A stretch of DNA of 64,000 bases from Thermomicrobiales bacterium. GTDB lineage: Bacteria; Chloroflexota; Chloroflexia; Thermomicrobiales; UBA6265. Positions 1 through 11,721 of this stretch are shown here, piece after piece; positions within the stretch are counted from its first letter, which is position 1, and each line of letters opens with the position of its first letter. The stretch lies in contig JASGDN010000061.1 in the NCBI GenBank assembly GCA_049841275.1, positions 4,784-68,783 on the forward strand, read 5' to 3'. The position numbers and the translations under genes are program-made. The notes below the pieces were generated by a model. The model saw only the letters and a list, made by a program, of their open reading frames with translations. It ran no database searches and was not told the DNA's origin.

Positions 1-741
1 GTTCAATCGTTCCTGTGCGAAGAGATAGGCCTGCGTGAAATACTGGAGTGAACCGATGACCCCAATCACGAGCTGAAAGAGCGTGACCGGCGAAATGGCC
101 GGCCAGGTGATGTTCCAGAACTTGCTCCACCAGTTCGCTCCGTCGATCTCTGCCGCCTCGTAGTAGGTGCGCGGCACCTCCTTCAGCGCGGCGAGGAAGA
201 TGATCGTCGTCGAGCCGACGAGCCAGAACCCCATGATCAGCAGGGCCGGCTTGGTCCAGAACGGATCTTCCTGCCACAACGGTTGATAGAGACCGGCATG
301 TCCGATCACCTGGTTGACATAGCCGTACTGTGCGTTCAGCAGCCAGCGCCAGAGATAGGTCGCGGCGACGATCGGCACCACGGTCGGCAGGTAGACGATG
401 GCGCGGTAGAGCGGCTGGAGTTTTGACGGTGTGTTCAGCGCCAGTGCGCAGATGAGCGCGAAGGCGAGCCCGAGCGGCACACCGATCACGGTCATGAACC
501 CGGTGTTGTAGAGGCTCGTGAAGAAGCGATCGTCGTGGATCAGATCGCGATAGTTGTCCAGTCCGATCCAGACCGGATCGTCGAAGAGACTGAATTCCGT
601 GAAACTGTAGTAGGCCGAGGCGAGGATGGGATAAAGCTGGAAGACGAGGAAGCTGATCAGCCACGGGAGTGCGAAGAGGACTCCCACGACTGTCGGGGAC
701 AAGCCGCGTCGGGATGTCGAAACGTTGGGAAGCGTTGCCAT
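1..741 (-). CDS. ABC sugar transporter permease (MalF/UgpA type); N-terminus at 741, C-terminus runs off the window start
   Basis: Absent from the ORF track because it has no in-window stop. Manual minus-strand translation from ATG 741 is open to position 1: MATLPNVSTSRRGLSPTVVGVLFALPWLISFLVF...YYEAAEIDGANWWSKFWNITWP (EAA-loop motif of binding-protein-dependent permeases). Lies 57 bp downstream of the binding-protein gene on the same strand. Confidence 0.85.
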   Translation of the reverse strand, partial: MATLPNVSTSRRGLSPTVVGVLFALPWLISFLVFQLYPILASAYYSFTEFSLFDDPVWIGLDNYRDLIHDDRFFTSLYNTGFMTVIGVPLGLAFALICALALNTPSKLQPLYRAIVYLPTVVPIVAATYLWRWLLNAQYGYVNQVIGHAGLYQPLWQEDPFWTKPALLIMGFWLVGSTTIIFLAALKEVPRTYYEAAEIDGANWWSKFWNITWPAISPVTLFQLVIGVIGSLQYFTQAYLFAQERLN

Positions 742-798
742 GAGTCACCTGGGGCGGACGAGGGGCGCAGGGCCGCACCCCTCGTTCACGACCACACC

Positions 799-2082
799 TT
801 ATTTCGCTGCCAGCGATTCGGCCTTGGACTGGAGCTCGGTGAGGGCATCGTCTGGTGTCTTCGACAGATCGAGGACCGAGTCGACGGCGGAGGTGATCTC
901 GGTCGAGTATTCCTGACCCCAGGTGACGTTTGGCATCGCCTGCAGGTTCGGGCTCTTCAGCGACTCCAGCCAGTAGTCGAGGCCGGGAATCGCCGCGTAG
1001 GCCGGATCTGCCAGCAGGGAGGTGCGCGCCGGGAGATTCGCCAGTGCGAGCGTGAAGTCCCGCATCGGTTCGGCGGAGACGAGGTATTTGAGGAAGGTCC
1101 AGGCCTCCTGCTTGTGCTTGGAGTTGGCGGGAATGAAGAATGTGCTGACGGCGAGGTCAGTCGTGTCCTTCAGGTCCGGCTTGTCATCCACGTACGGAAT
1201 CGGGGACGCACTCCACTTCAGGTCGGGTGCGTACTGCTTGATGAACTGGGCCTGCCATTCGCCGTCGGGAATCATCGCCACCTTGCCGGTATAGAACGGC
1301 GCCTGGGCGGAGGCGTATTCGCCGAAGCCGGACTGGAAACGCTTGACCTGATCGACACCGTACTTGCTGAGCACATTGTCCACCCAGAACTGGAGGGCGG
1401 CGATGTTGCCCGGATCGTTGGCGGTCGGCTTGCCATCCGCATCGATCCACTTGCCTCCGAAGCTGTAGGCGAAGGCAACAAAGTTTGGCTGGTTCATGCC
1501 GAGCTGGGTGATGTTGCCGCTGCCATCGACCTTCGTGAGCTTCTCGATCGCGGCCGCCAGCTCGGAGGTGGTGGTCGGGGCGGTGACACCGGCCTCCTCC
1601 AGCAGCGCCGTGTTGGACAGGAGCAGCGTGGTGTGGACGGCGATCGGCAGTGACCAGGTCTTGCCATCGAACTGCATCTTGGTCATGACGCGCTCGATGA
1701 AATCGCTGGTGTCAAACGAATCCGCCGCGATGAAATCGTCAAGCGGCTCCAGCGCCCCCTTGTCAGCCCAGGTCGCGATGTTGCTGTCGAAGTTGTCCGA
1801 GACGTCGAATCCGTTACGGCTGGTCATCTGCGCGAGCTGGCGCTGCGTGTCCGGGTTGGAGACGCCCTTCACCTCGATGGCATCCTGGCTGGCGTTGAAG
1901 GCATCGACGATCTTCTGGATCGCCTCGCCTTCCGGACCGGACCAGAGGTATGGGAAGTCGATGGTCACCTTGTCCTGCGCGGCAGCGAGCGAGATGCCCG
2001 ATGCGCCGAGGCCGGTCGCGATTGCTGCCCCGAGAGCGACACGGCCGCCGTTGAAGATCAGTTCTCGCCGTGTTGTTGTCAT
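799..2082 (-). CDS. ABC transporter extracellular solute-binding protein (carbohydrate type) with Tat-like signal
   Basis: 427-aa ORF. N-terminus MTTTRRELIFNGGRVALGAAIATGLGASG is a twin-arginine-like signal. The size and aromatic-rich body are typical of family-1 sugar-binding proteins. A permease gene follows directly. Confidence 0.88.
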   Translation of the reverse strand: MTTTRRELIFNGGRVALGAAIATGLGASGISLAAAQDKVTIDFPYLWSGPEGEAIQKIVDAFNASQDAIEVKGVSNPDTQRQLAQMTSRNGFDVSDNFDSNIATWADKGALEPLDDFIAADSFDTSDFIERVMTKMQFDGKTWSLPIAVHTTLLLSNTALLEEAGVTAPTTTSELAAAIEKLTKVDGSGNITQLGMNQPNFVAFAYSFGGKWIDADGKPTANDPGNIAALQFWVDNVLSKYGVDQVKRFQSGFGEYASAQAPFYTGKVAMIPDGEWQAQFIKQYAPDLKWSASPIPYVDDKPDLKDTTDLAVSTFFIPANSKHKQEAWTFLKYLVSAEPMRDFTLALANLPARTSLLADPAYAAIPGLDYWLESLKSPNLQAMPNVTWGQEYSTEITSAVDSVLDLSKTPDDALTELQSKAESLAAK

Positions 2083-2200
2083 GAGAACGCGCCTTTCATC
2101 CGGTGGCGGAATACGCCAATAACCAGGAAATCGTGAAGACCGGGACCCTGACGGGAGGCTCCTCCTGACCGATGCGCGGATGACCGATTGGATGACATGA

Positions 2201-2217
2201 TGTTACAAGTTGTTACA
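2201..2217. promoter_or_regulatory. Candidate HutC/GntR-type operator
   Basis: TGTTACAAGTTGTTACA holds two TGTTACA copies. It also reads as an imperfect palindrome GTtACAA-g-TTGTtAC (12/15 self-complementary, GT..AC half-sites). It sits in the divergent region between the binding-protein gene and the GntR gene. Confidence 0.3.
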
Positions 2218-2472
2218 TTCCGTTGTCTGCGCATCACCGTATCAACCGCACGAAGTGCCGTCAAGCCCCTTCGATGGGCGAGTTCTGCGGCCACTCATGC
2301 CGGCAGTCCACGATAACTGGGTTGTTCCTGGAAGGGAGGAGGCTTTTCGCTTCGGGCGGATCTCGCTACAATAGAACAACATGTAACGTAGGTGTTGTGC
2401 CAGGGTACCCTGGCGACCAGAGGGCGACGATCCCTGGCAGTGGCGGGGGAGCACTGGGGTTTGCATGAGGAG

Positions 2473-3345
2473 ATGGCGATGGCGACAACGGCAGACGGGA
2501 TGGACGATATCGCCATGCTGTTGGCGACCCCACGAGACGACGCGCCTTCGACGGCGACGCGTTACAAGCGGATCGCGCATCAGATGCGCGAGGCGATTCG
2601 CCAGCAGGTGATTCGTGCCGGCGACCCAATTCCTTCAGAGCACCAGCTTTGCCGGGTGTTCGGCGTAAGTCGCCCCACCGTGCGGCGAGCCGTCGACGCG
2701 CTGGTGGAGGAGGGCATGCTTACCCGCCGACAGGGGATGGGGACGTTCGTTGCCAAGCTTCGCCTGGAGCAGCCGCCGGAGCGGGTGATCGGTTTTACCG
2801 AGCGAATGCGCCGGAATGGGTTGACCCCCTCCACCCGCGTGCTCGATCGCGACATCCTGCTGGCCCGCGCGACATCACCGGATATCGCGAGCACGCTGAG
2901 TGTCAGCGCGAACGACCGGATCTTTCGCATCTCGCGATTGCGCCTGGCGAACGACGAGCCAATCGTCCTGGAAACCATTCACGTTCCGCTCGAGCGGTTC
3001 CCTGCTCTCGACGGGATCGACCTCGCCCAGGAGTCGCTCTACCGCGTCTTCGCTGAACGCTTCCAGACCGAGGTGACGTTCCTGCGAGAGTCGCTGGAAC
3101 CGGTACTCCTGACAACACATGAAGCCGCGCTCCTGCACGCCCAGGCCGGGTCGCCTGCCATGCTTGCCCGCATCGTCACCTTCGACCAGCACCACCAACC
3201 GATCGAGCACTCAATCTCGTTGGTGCGCGGCGATCGTTGCCAGTACGAGATCGAGCTTTCACCCGGAGAGGCGTCTGGCGAACGCGGGTGGTCCCTTCGT
3301 CAAACCCAGTTTGAGGTTGGCGACCGGTCTACACCCATCACGTGA
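2473..3345 (+). CDS. GntR family transcriptional regulator, HutC subfamily (wHTH + UTRA domain)
   Basis: HTH stretch SEHQLCRVFGVSRPTVRRAVDALVEEGMLTRRQGMGTFV is followed by a UTRA-like C-terminal half (..IFRISRLRLANDEPIVLETIHVP..). The ORF opens at 2392. The ATG at 2473 is chosen as start, but the start is uncertain. Confidence 0.85.
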   Translation: MAMATTADGMDDIAMLLATPRDDAPSTATRYKRIAHQMREAIRQQVIRAGDPIPSEHQLCRVFGVSRPTVRRAVDALVEEGMLTRRQGMGTFVAKLRLEQPPERVIGFTERMRRNGLTPSTRVLDRDILLARATSPDIASTLSVSANDRIFRISRLRLANDEPIVLETIHVPLERFPALDGIDLAQESLYRVFAERFQTEVTFLRESLEPVLLTTHEAALLHAQAGSPAMLARIVTFDQHHQPIEHSISLVRGDRCQYEIELSPGEASGERGWSLRQTQFEVGDRSTPIT

Positions 3346-3360
3346 TTCCTCGGAGACGCG

Positions 3361-3399
3361 GATACCCCAGCGGAGGATACACACCTCCGCTGAGGTATC
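3361..3399. terminator. Hairpin between convergent genes (candidate bidirectional terminator)
   Basis: GATACCCCAGCGGAGG-ATACACA-CCTCCGCTGAGGTATC forms a 16-bp stem with one mismatch and a 7-nt loop. It lies between the GntR stop (3345) and the GrpB stop (3410). Confidence 0.5.
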
Positions 3400-3409
3400 T
3401 CACGCGGGA

Positions 3410-4021
3410 CTACTCGCGCGGAATCGTGTTCCCGGCGCGGGCGAGAATCTCGTCGATCACGCCGTTCTTGGCGTCGGCGTAGTTCTGCACGTAGGCCCAC
3501 GTCTGCGCGGCCAACTCCCGCTTCGTCGCGGCGTACCGGTCCCGGTCGGTGTCGTTCGCACGGATGGCATCGCGGAAGCGCAGATGCCGCTCTGCCTGAC
3601 GGGATCCCCGTGAAAAGACGTGAAGATTCACGTCGGGACCGGCGCCCTTGAAGACGCGGTGTTCCTCCCATTCGGGTTCGCGGATGCGGAGTGTGTAGCC
3701 AGCGGCGGTCAGTGCATCCACATAGGATGTCTCGTCGCTGGAATCCTCCACGAGCAGCTGGATGTCGATGATCGGCTTGGCGCAGAGACCGGGGACCGAT
3801 GTCGAACCGATGTGCTCCAGGCCGACGACACGATCGCCGAGCGCTGTCCGGATCTTTGCTGCCTCGCGTTCGTAGCGGGCCGGCCACTCCGGATCGTATT
3901 CGGCAAGGACGATCGTGCTGTCGACGCGCGTCGGTTCCCCGACAGTCGCGGTGCGGATATCGGCCTCGGTCATGATCTCCTGCGGCCGGTTGCGTTGAAG
4001 GCCGGGCGTTGCGTCGGGCAT
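3410..4021 (-). CDS. GrpB family protein (nucleotidyltransferase-fold, UPF0157)
   Basis: Contains EYDPEWPARYEREAAKIRTALG..LEHIGSTSVPGLCAKPIIDIQLLV..HLRFRDAIRAN, characteristic GrpB motifs. Start placed at MPDATPG (4021); the ORF extends to 4069. Confidence 0.8.
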   Translation of the reverse strand: MPDATPGLQRNRPQEIMTEADIRTATVGEPTRVDSTIVLAEYDPEWPARYEREAAKIRTALGDRVVGLEHIGSTSVPGLCAKPIIDIQLLVEDSSDETSYVDALTAAGYTLRIREPEWEEHRVFKGAGPDVNLHVFSRGSRQAERHLRFRDAIRANDTDRDRYAATKRELAAQTWAYVQNYADAKNGVIDEILARAGNTIPRE

Positions 4022-4090
4022 GGTGCTGGTCCTCCGGAATCGAACGGAAAGAAGGCAGCCCGACATCATACCCGGCGCGTCAAGGGCGGA

Positions 4091-4831
4091 TCAGGCGTTC
4101 GCCAGTCTGGTCACGGCATCGGGACCGACGTAGGTGCCAATCGACTCCCCGTTCAGGATGTCGATCATGGCGTTCTTCTGCCCGGCGTCGAAGACGTGGA
4201 TGGGCAGCTTGTGTTCGCGCGCGAGGATGAAGGCAGAGGGGTCCATCACCGAGAGCCCCTTTGTCACGACATCGTCGAAGGAGACCGATTCGTAGCGTTT
4301 CGCGGTCGGGTCCTTCTTCGGGTCGGCGGTGAAGACGCCGTTCACCCCCTGTTTGGCGGCAAGAATCGCATCGGCCCGGACCTCGATCGCGCGCTGGGCG
4401 GCGGGATAGTCTGTCGTGACGAACGGCTGGCCGATGCCAGCCGCGAAGACGACGATGTAGTCTTTTTCGAGGTGCCGGATGGCCCGGAGCCTGATGTATG
4501 GTTCCGCCACCGCCGCCATCGGGATAGCCGACATCACGCGAACCTCATGGGATCCGCGCGCATTCAACGCCCCGCGCAGGATGAGGCTGTTCACCACGGT
4601 GGACATCATGCCGATGTTGTCGGCCTCCGCGCGCTCGATGCCCCAGTCGTCGGCGAGGCGGCCACGGAAGATGTTGCCGCCTCCCACCATGATCGCGACC
4701 TGCACCCCAGCGTTGGAGAGGTGCAGGATTTCATCGACCAGGGCATCGACGGCGCCCCGGTCGATACCGGTCTCTGCCGCTCCCGAGAACGCGCCCCCGC
4801 TCAGCTTGATCAGCACCCGGTTGTACTTCAC
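4091..4831 (-). CDS. pyrH: UMP kinase
   Basis: KYNRVLIKLSGGAFSG..VAIMVGGGNIFRG..ADNIGMMSTVVNSLIL..VVFAAGIGQPFVTTDYPAAQRAIE..FTADPKKDP are canonical amino-acid-kinase/PyrH motifs. No ATG is near the conserved N-terminus, so the GTG at 4831 (VKYNRVLIKLSG) is proposed as start. The long ORF to 5128 is upstream read-through. Confidence 0.85.
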   Translation of the reverse strand: MKYNRVLIKLSGGAFSGAAETGIDRGAVDALVDEILHLSNAGVQVAIMVGGGNIFRGRLADDWGIERAEADNIGMMSTVVNSLILRGALNARGSHEVRVMSAIPMAAVAEPYIRLRAIRHLEKDYIVVFAAGIGQPFVTTDYPAAQRAIEVRADAILAAKQGVNGVFTADPKKDPTAKRYESVSFDDVVTKGLSVMDPSAFILAREHKLPIHVFDAGQKNAMIDILNGESIGTYVGPDAVTRLANA

Positions 4832-4938
4832 GTATTGTCGCCTTTCCGCGCGCAGACCCCGCCCTTCGTCGCCCGTTCGCGATCGGGACCCAAAATCCTC
4901 GTCGGACTCTAAAGCAGGGGACGGGCCATCGCAAGGCG

Positions 4939-4952
4939 GAGGAGTGAGGACC
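4939..4952 (+). repeat. Purine-rich intergenic motif GAGGAGTGAGGACC (copy 1)
   Basis: An identical 14-mer recurs in inverted orientation at 24095-24108. Close variants are at 5142-5154 and 56644-56656. Confidence 0.6.
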
Positions 4953-5141
4953 AGGAAATGAGACATGGAGGAACGAGTTCCGGACAGCGTTTCGCTACTC
5001 GATACAGCACATCGTGCCAAGCGTGTCGCGCGTGCTGAACCCATCGATCTACCTGCTGAGATGGCGCCATGTGGTGTCAAGCGGCGGTCGTCACCCTCCT
5101 TTTTCTTTCCTCTGGCCTCTTTTCTCATTCCTCATGTCTTC

Positions 5142-5154
5142 GTTCCTCACTCCT
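5142..5154 (-). repeat. Purine-rich intergenic motif, variant AGGAGTGAGGAAC (inverted relative to copy 1)
   Basis: The plus strand reads GTTCCTCACTCCT. Together with 4939-4952 it brackets about 190 bp of the pyrH/acnA divergent region as an imperfect inverted pair. Confidence 0.5.
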
Positions 5155-5252
5155 TGTTGTGCCGTAGAATGATGAGAGTCATTCGCGAGTAGCGCCGTGC
5201 CCCGGATTTGCCCATAACGGCGCACCCGAACCCGGAAAGGTCGTATCAGCTC

Positions 5253-8120
<2,868 letters not shown>

Positions 8121-8142
8121 CGAGCGGTACCCAGTTTTCGAT

Positions 8143-8198
8143 CCGGACACAGGAACGATCCGGGCAGCTCGGGCTGCCCGGATCGTTCCTGTGTCCGG
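8143..8198. terminator. Perfect 26-bp stem hairpin downstream of acnA
   Basis: CCGGACACAGGAACGATCCGGGCAGC-TCGG-GCTGCCCGGATCGTTCCTGTGTCCGG, starting 23 nt after the acnA stop. No clear U-tract follows. Confidence 0.55.
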
Positions 8199-8392
8199 GA
8201 TGCGTTTGGCTTCTGGTGCGGCCAACGGGTACGAGCAAGAACAACCTTTGACCGGTACTCTGGTACTATGGAGCGGGGAAGGCAACGACCGTCGCGGCTG
8301 GCGGTAATTGCGGCCCGGTGGGGATCATTGCTGGAACATGCCGATAGACCCGTGCCGTGTGGTTTGCGGGATTATTCGTGGGGAATGAATTC

Positions 8393-8962
8393 TTGGCTGA
8401 ACGCCGGATCGAGATTGTGGCGCTGGTGGGTAGCCTGCGCCGGCATTCGTACAACAGGAACCTCCTGCGGTCGGCGATGTTGACCCAGCCGCCGGACATG
8501 CGTATCTACGAGGTGCCGATCGCTGGCCTTCCGTTCTTTGACGAGGACCTGGAAGAGCATGGCGATCCGCCAACGGCGCGCGACCTGAAGCAAGCGATCG
8601 CCCGCGCCGATGGTGTCCTGATCGTGACACCCGAGTATGGCTATTCCATTCCCGGTGTGCTCAAGAACGCCCTTGATTGGGCGTCACGTCCGACCGGGCG
8701 GTCCGTCCTCCGGGGGAAGCCGGTTGCAATCATGGGGGCGTCGTCCGGACGTTCCGGCACGATGCGCGCCCAGCTTCATCTGCGGCAGGTGCTGCAGCAT
8801 ATGGGGGCGGTCACGATCCCGGAACCGGAGGTCTACGTCACCTTTGCGCCGGACAAGTTCAACGGCCTTGGCGAGTTGACGGACAAGACCTCGCTCGATC
8901 AGGTCCGGCTTCTGATCCAGAACCTGCGTGAGTGGACCCTGCTGCTGAACGGACCGCGTTGA
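8393..8962 (+). CDS. NADPH-dependent FMN reductase family oxidoreductase
   Basis: Contains IEIVALVGSLRRHSYNRNLL..ADGVLIVTPEYGYSIPGVLKNALDWASR..KPVAIMGASSG, which are flavodoxin-like FMN reductase motifs. The start is ambiguous: TTG 8393 (AERRIEIVALVGS), or GTG at 8378 or 8357. Confidence 0.8.
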   Translation: MAERRIEIVALVGSLRRHSYNRNLLRSAMLTQPPDMRIYEVPIAGLPFFDEDLEEHGDPPTARDLKQAIARADGVLIVTPEYGYSIPGVLKNALDWASRPTGRSVLRGKPVAIMGASSGRSGTMRAQLHLRQVLQHMGAVTIPEPEVYVTFAPDKFNGLGELTDKTSLDQVRLLIQNLREWTLLLNGPR

Positions 8963-9068
8963 TTCCGTTTCGCTCCGGGCTATCGGCGGACTTGGCAAGG
9001 CTTGGGGCGGTGGGATGATTCCCTCAGGCCTCTCGTTCGTCGTCTGCGCTGTTCCGGAGGTATTCCCG

Positions 9069-10009
9069 ATGTCCATCACTTCTCGCCGCGCCATGATGCG
9101 TTCCGCTGCGGTCGGCATTGCTGCGCTCGGAATTGGCCGCGTCGCGCCGTCCGTCTTCGCCCGGGCGATTCCCTCCGCATCTCCCGTCACGACTGGATTC
9201 GCGCACGAGGGCATCTTGATTCCGGTGGGTGCCATCCCGAATGAGGGTGCTCGCCTTGCGCTGATGGAACCGGATGCCTTCAATGCCGGGCACATTCCGG
9301 GTTCCCGGGCGCTCACCTGGGAGCAGCTCGCGATTGCCGATTCCGCGGATGCCGCCCTCGCGGCCTGGCGGGAAGACGCGCTTGCCACGCTGGCCGACCT
9401 TGGGGTCGCGCGTGGTACGCCCATCCTTGCCTACGACGATGGCACCCTCTTCGCCGCCCGCATCTGGTGGGTGCTCACCTACCTCGGGTTCGATCCGCCA
9501 CAGGTGCTCGATGGCGGTCTGGATGCGTGGAAGGCCACGGGCGGCGAGATCGAACGGGCGATACGCGCGACAGCGCCGATTCGTCCTGTGTGATCCGGCA
9601 CGCCGGAATCCATTGCCGTCCCGACACCGCGTCCGGAACTCCTCGCGACCAAGGCCCAGGTGCTGGCGAGCATTGGCGACGCAGACGTGCTCTTCCTCGA
9701 TGCCCGGTCTGCCAAGGAATATGCTGCCGGCCACATCCCAGGCGCGATCACCCTCGCCTACACCGAGAACGGCGACGGGAGCACCCCAATTACTGGAAAT
9801 TTCCCGCGTCGCTGACGTCGCTCTATGCCGGGATCGGCGCGACGCCGAACAAGCGGATCGTTCCCTACTGCTCGACGGGCACGCGCTCGGCGGTGACGGC
9901 ATTCACGCTCTGGCTGCTCGGGTATCCCCATGTCGCGCTGTTTACCGGCTCATGGCAGGAATGGACCTCTGGCACGGCTGGTCCGGTCACGACGGGGAGT
10001 AATCCATGA
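9069..10009 (+). pseudogene. Two-domain rhodanese sulfurtransferase with Tat signal, disrupted by an in-frame TGA and one frameshift
   Basis: Domain 1 (MSITSRRAMMRSAAVG...DGGLDAWKATGGEIE) ends at TGA 9591-9593. The same frame continues SGTPESIAVPTPRPELLATKAQVLASIGDADVLFLDARSAKEYAAGHIPGAITLAYTENGDG to 9815. The catalytic C-terminus (NYWKFPASLTSLYAGIGATPNKRIVPYCSTGTRSAVTAF...) is in another frame, with the shift near 9775-9790. Confidence 0.75.
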
Positions 10010-10033
10010 TGGCTGCAGGGGCACACGCCGTGC

Positions 10034-10249
10034 GTGTGCGGTGTCAGGGGAACCATTCGCCCTGAACGCATACCGTGGAGGATCACCACGACGATCATTC
10101 GCCTCATTGCCTCGATCATCATTCCGCCGTTGGGCGTGTTCCTGAAGCGCGGCCTTGGCTGGTCGTTCGTCCTCAGCATCGTGCTCACGATCCTGGGATA
10201 CATTCCCGGCCTGCTCTACGCGATCTGGGTGGTGTTGTTCAGTGACTGA
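10034..10249 (+). CDS. Pmp3/YqaE (UPF0057) family small membrane proteolipid
   Basis: The C-terminal 52 aa IIRLIASIIIPPLGVFLKRGLGWSFVLSIVLTILGYIPGLLYAIWVVLFSD match the two-TM Pmp3 pattern. The true start is unclear: GTG 10034 gives a 20-aa leader, and a GGAGGA at ~10078 precedes only non-canonical start codons. Confidence 0.65.
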   Translation: MCGVRGTIRPERIPWRITTTIIRLIASIIIPPLGVFLKRGLGWSFVLSIVLTILGYIPGLLYAIWVVLFSD

Positions 10250-10263
10250 CCAGCAGATCTGTC

Positions 10264-11361
10264 TCAGCCGTCGGTGGCTATCGTGTCCAGGCGCGATCGG
10301 AGCAGCATCAGGACGGCAGCCTCCTCCGGCTCCAGGTCGGAGAGCGAGCGGCTGATTCGTGCATCCGCGCGCTGGCGGATCGTCTCCACGGTCTCGCCGT
10401 CCAGATAGGCGTCGAGCACGGCCGGATGGATGTAGCACGTCCGGCAAACCGCTCGCGTGTTGCCCAATGTCGCTGCCACCGACTCGATCGCATCCACGAC
10501 ATTCTGCTTGGCGCGCACAGCGGAGTCGGCGGCCTCCAGCCCGGCGAGTGCTTGTGCGGCGAGGACGGTCCCGGCCCAGGTTCGGAAATCCTTCGCCGTG
10601 AACTCTGCGCCGCCGATCGCGTGCAGGTAGGCGTTCACATCCTCGGAGTCGATTGTCTGGCGTACGCCATCGGTGTCGAGATACTGGAAAAGGTGCTGGC
10701 CGGGAAGATCCTGCAGGCGTTTCACGATGCCTGCGACCCGGCGGTCCTTCAACGTCACCTCGTGATCGATGCCTGACTTGCCGGTAAAGGAGAACCGGAT
10801 CGCGCTCGATGTGACCTCCGCGTGGCGATTGCGCATCGTCGTGAGACCAATCGAGCGGTTTTCCTTTGCATACCGCTCGTTCCCGACACGGATGAGCGTC
10901 GTCTCGAGCAGCCGTACGACTGTCGCCAGCACTTTCTCACGGGGTAGGCCGTGTTTCCGCATGTCGGCATCGACGCGATCGCGGATCGTGGGCGGTGCCT
11001 CCCCAAAGGCAATCATCCGCCCGTATTTCGCCTCGTCGCGGGCCGCACGCCAGCATTCGTGATAGCGATACTGCTTGCGGCCCCGTGCATCCTTGCCAGT
11101 CGCCTGGATATGTCCGGAAGCGCGTGGCGCGATCCAGACCTCTGTCCAGGCGGGCGGTATGGCGAGTGCCCTGATACGGGCGAGGATGGTCTGGTCGGTG
11201 ATGTGCTCACCCTCCGGATCCCGGTAGAAGAAGCCGCGGCCGGCCTTGTGCCGCGTGATGCCCGGCCGGTCGATGTGGGCGAAGGTGAGGCCAGCCTCCT
11301 TCGCGATCTGCTTCGTATCGGGATGCGGTGCGTGGGATGGCTGTCCTGCGGAAATGGACAT
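10264..11361 (-). CDS. DNA topoisomerase IB (bacterial poxvirus-like type)
   Basis: 365 aa. Contains FFYRDPEGEHITD..IRALAIPPAWTEVWI..GHIQATGKDARGRKQYRYH..LLETTLIRVGNERYAKEN..FTAKDFRTWAGT..TRAVCRTCYIHP (C-terminal catalytic Tyr context). Confidence 0.85.
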   Translation of the reverse strand: MSISAGQPSHAPHPDTKQIAKEAGLTFAHIDRPGITRHKAGRGFFYRDPEGEHITDQTILARIRALAIPPAWTEVWIAPRASGHIQATGKDARGRKQYRYHECWRAARDEAKYGRMIAFGEAPPTIRDRVDADMRKHGLPREKVLATVVRLLETTLIRVGNERYAKENRSIGLTTMRNRHAEVTSSAIRFSFTGKSGIDHEVTLKDRRVAGIVKRLQDLPGQHLFQYLDTDGVRQTIDSEDVNAYLHAIGGAEFTAKDFRTWAGTVLAAQALAGLEAADSAVRAKQNVVDAIESVAATLGNTRAVCRTCYIHPAVLDAYLDGETVETIRQRADARISRSLSDLEPEEAAVLMLLRSRLDTIATDG

Positions 11362-11653
11362 CGGCGTGGATCGTCCTCGGTGATGGCTGCGACGACATGG
11401 GCTTCCTGACAGGCAGTGCGTCTGCGCGGTGGCCCATCACAAGAATGCACACCCGATGCCACATGACCTCCGGCACATGGCTCCCGATGCCAGCGGCCGA
11501 TCGGCATCGGGATGGTGGGCAGTGGACTCGACTGACGGGCGATGCGACGACGGTATTAGAGCCGAATTCGATTTGATCGCCGCTACGGAATCGAATTCCG
11601 ATCTAGGCCCGGACGGGGATCGCCGGAGTGGGAAGTCGTGGGCCATGGGGACG

Positions 11654-11695
11654 TGGCAAAGTCGGCATTTCCATCTGGAAATGCCGACTTTGCCA
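11654..11695. terminator. 20-bp perfect inverted repeat downstream of the SdhDC-like gene
   Basis: TGGCAAAGTCGGCATTTCCA-TC-TGGAAATGCCGACTTTGCCA, 27 nt beyond the minus-strand stop at 11722. Confidence 0.55.
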
Positions 11696-11721
11696 GATGT
11701 CGTGCGGATGGCCGTTCGGCG

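Noticed and set aside
535-1653. 372-aa plus-strand ORF
   Set aside because: It is antisense to the well-supported solute-binding protein and permease genes. Its composition is Gly/Arg/Glu-rich with no motifs.
9487-9496. GGTTCGATCC, a tRNA T-arm-like string
   Set aside because: It is inside the rhodanese coding sequence (encodes ..LGFDPP..), and no acceptor or anticodon arms can be folded around it.
9591-9593. In-frame TGA in the rhodanese gene as a possible selenocysteine codon
   Set aside because: It lies in an interdomain linker, not at the catalytic Cys. No SECIS-like hairpin is evident immediately downstream. The same gene also has a frameshift, so pseudogenisation is the simpler explanation.
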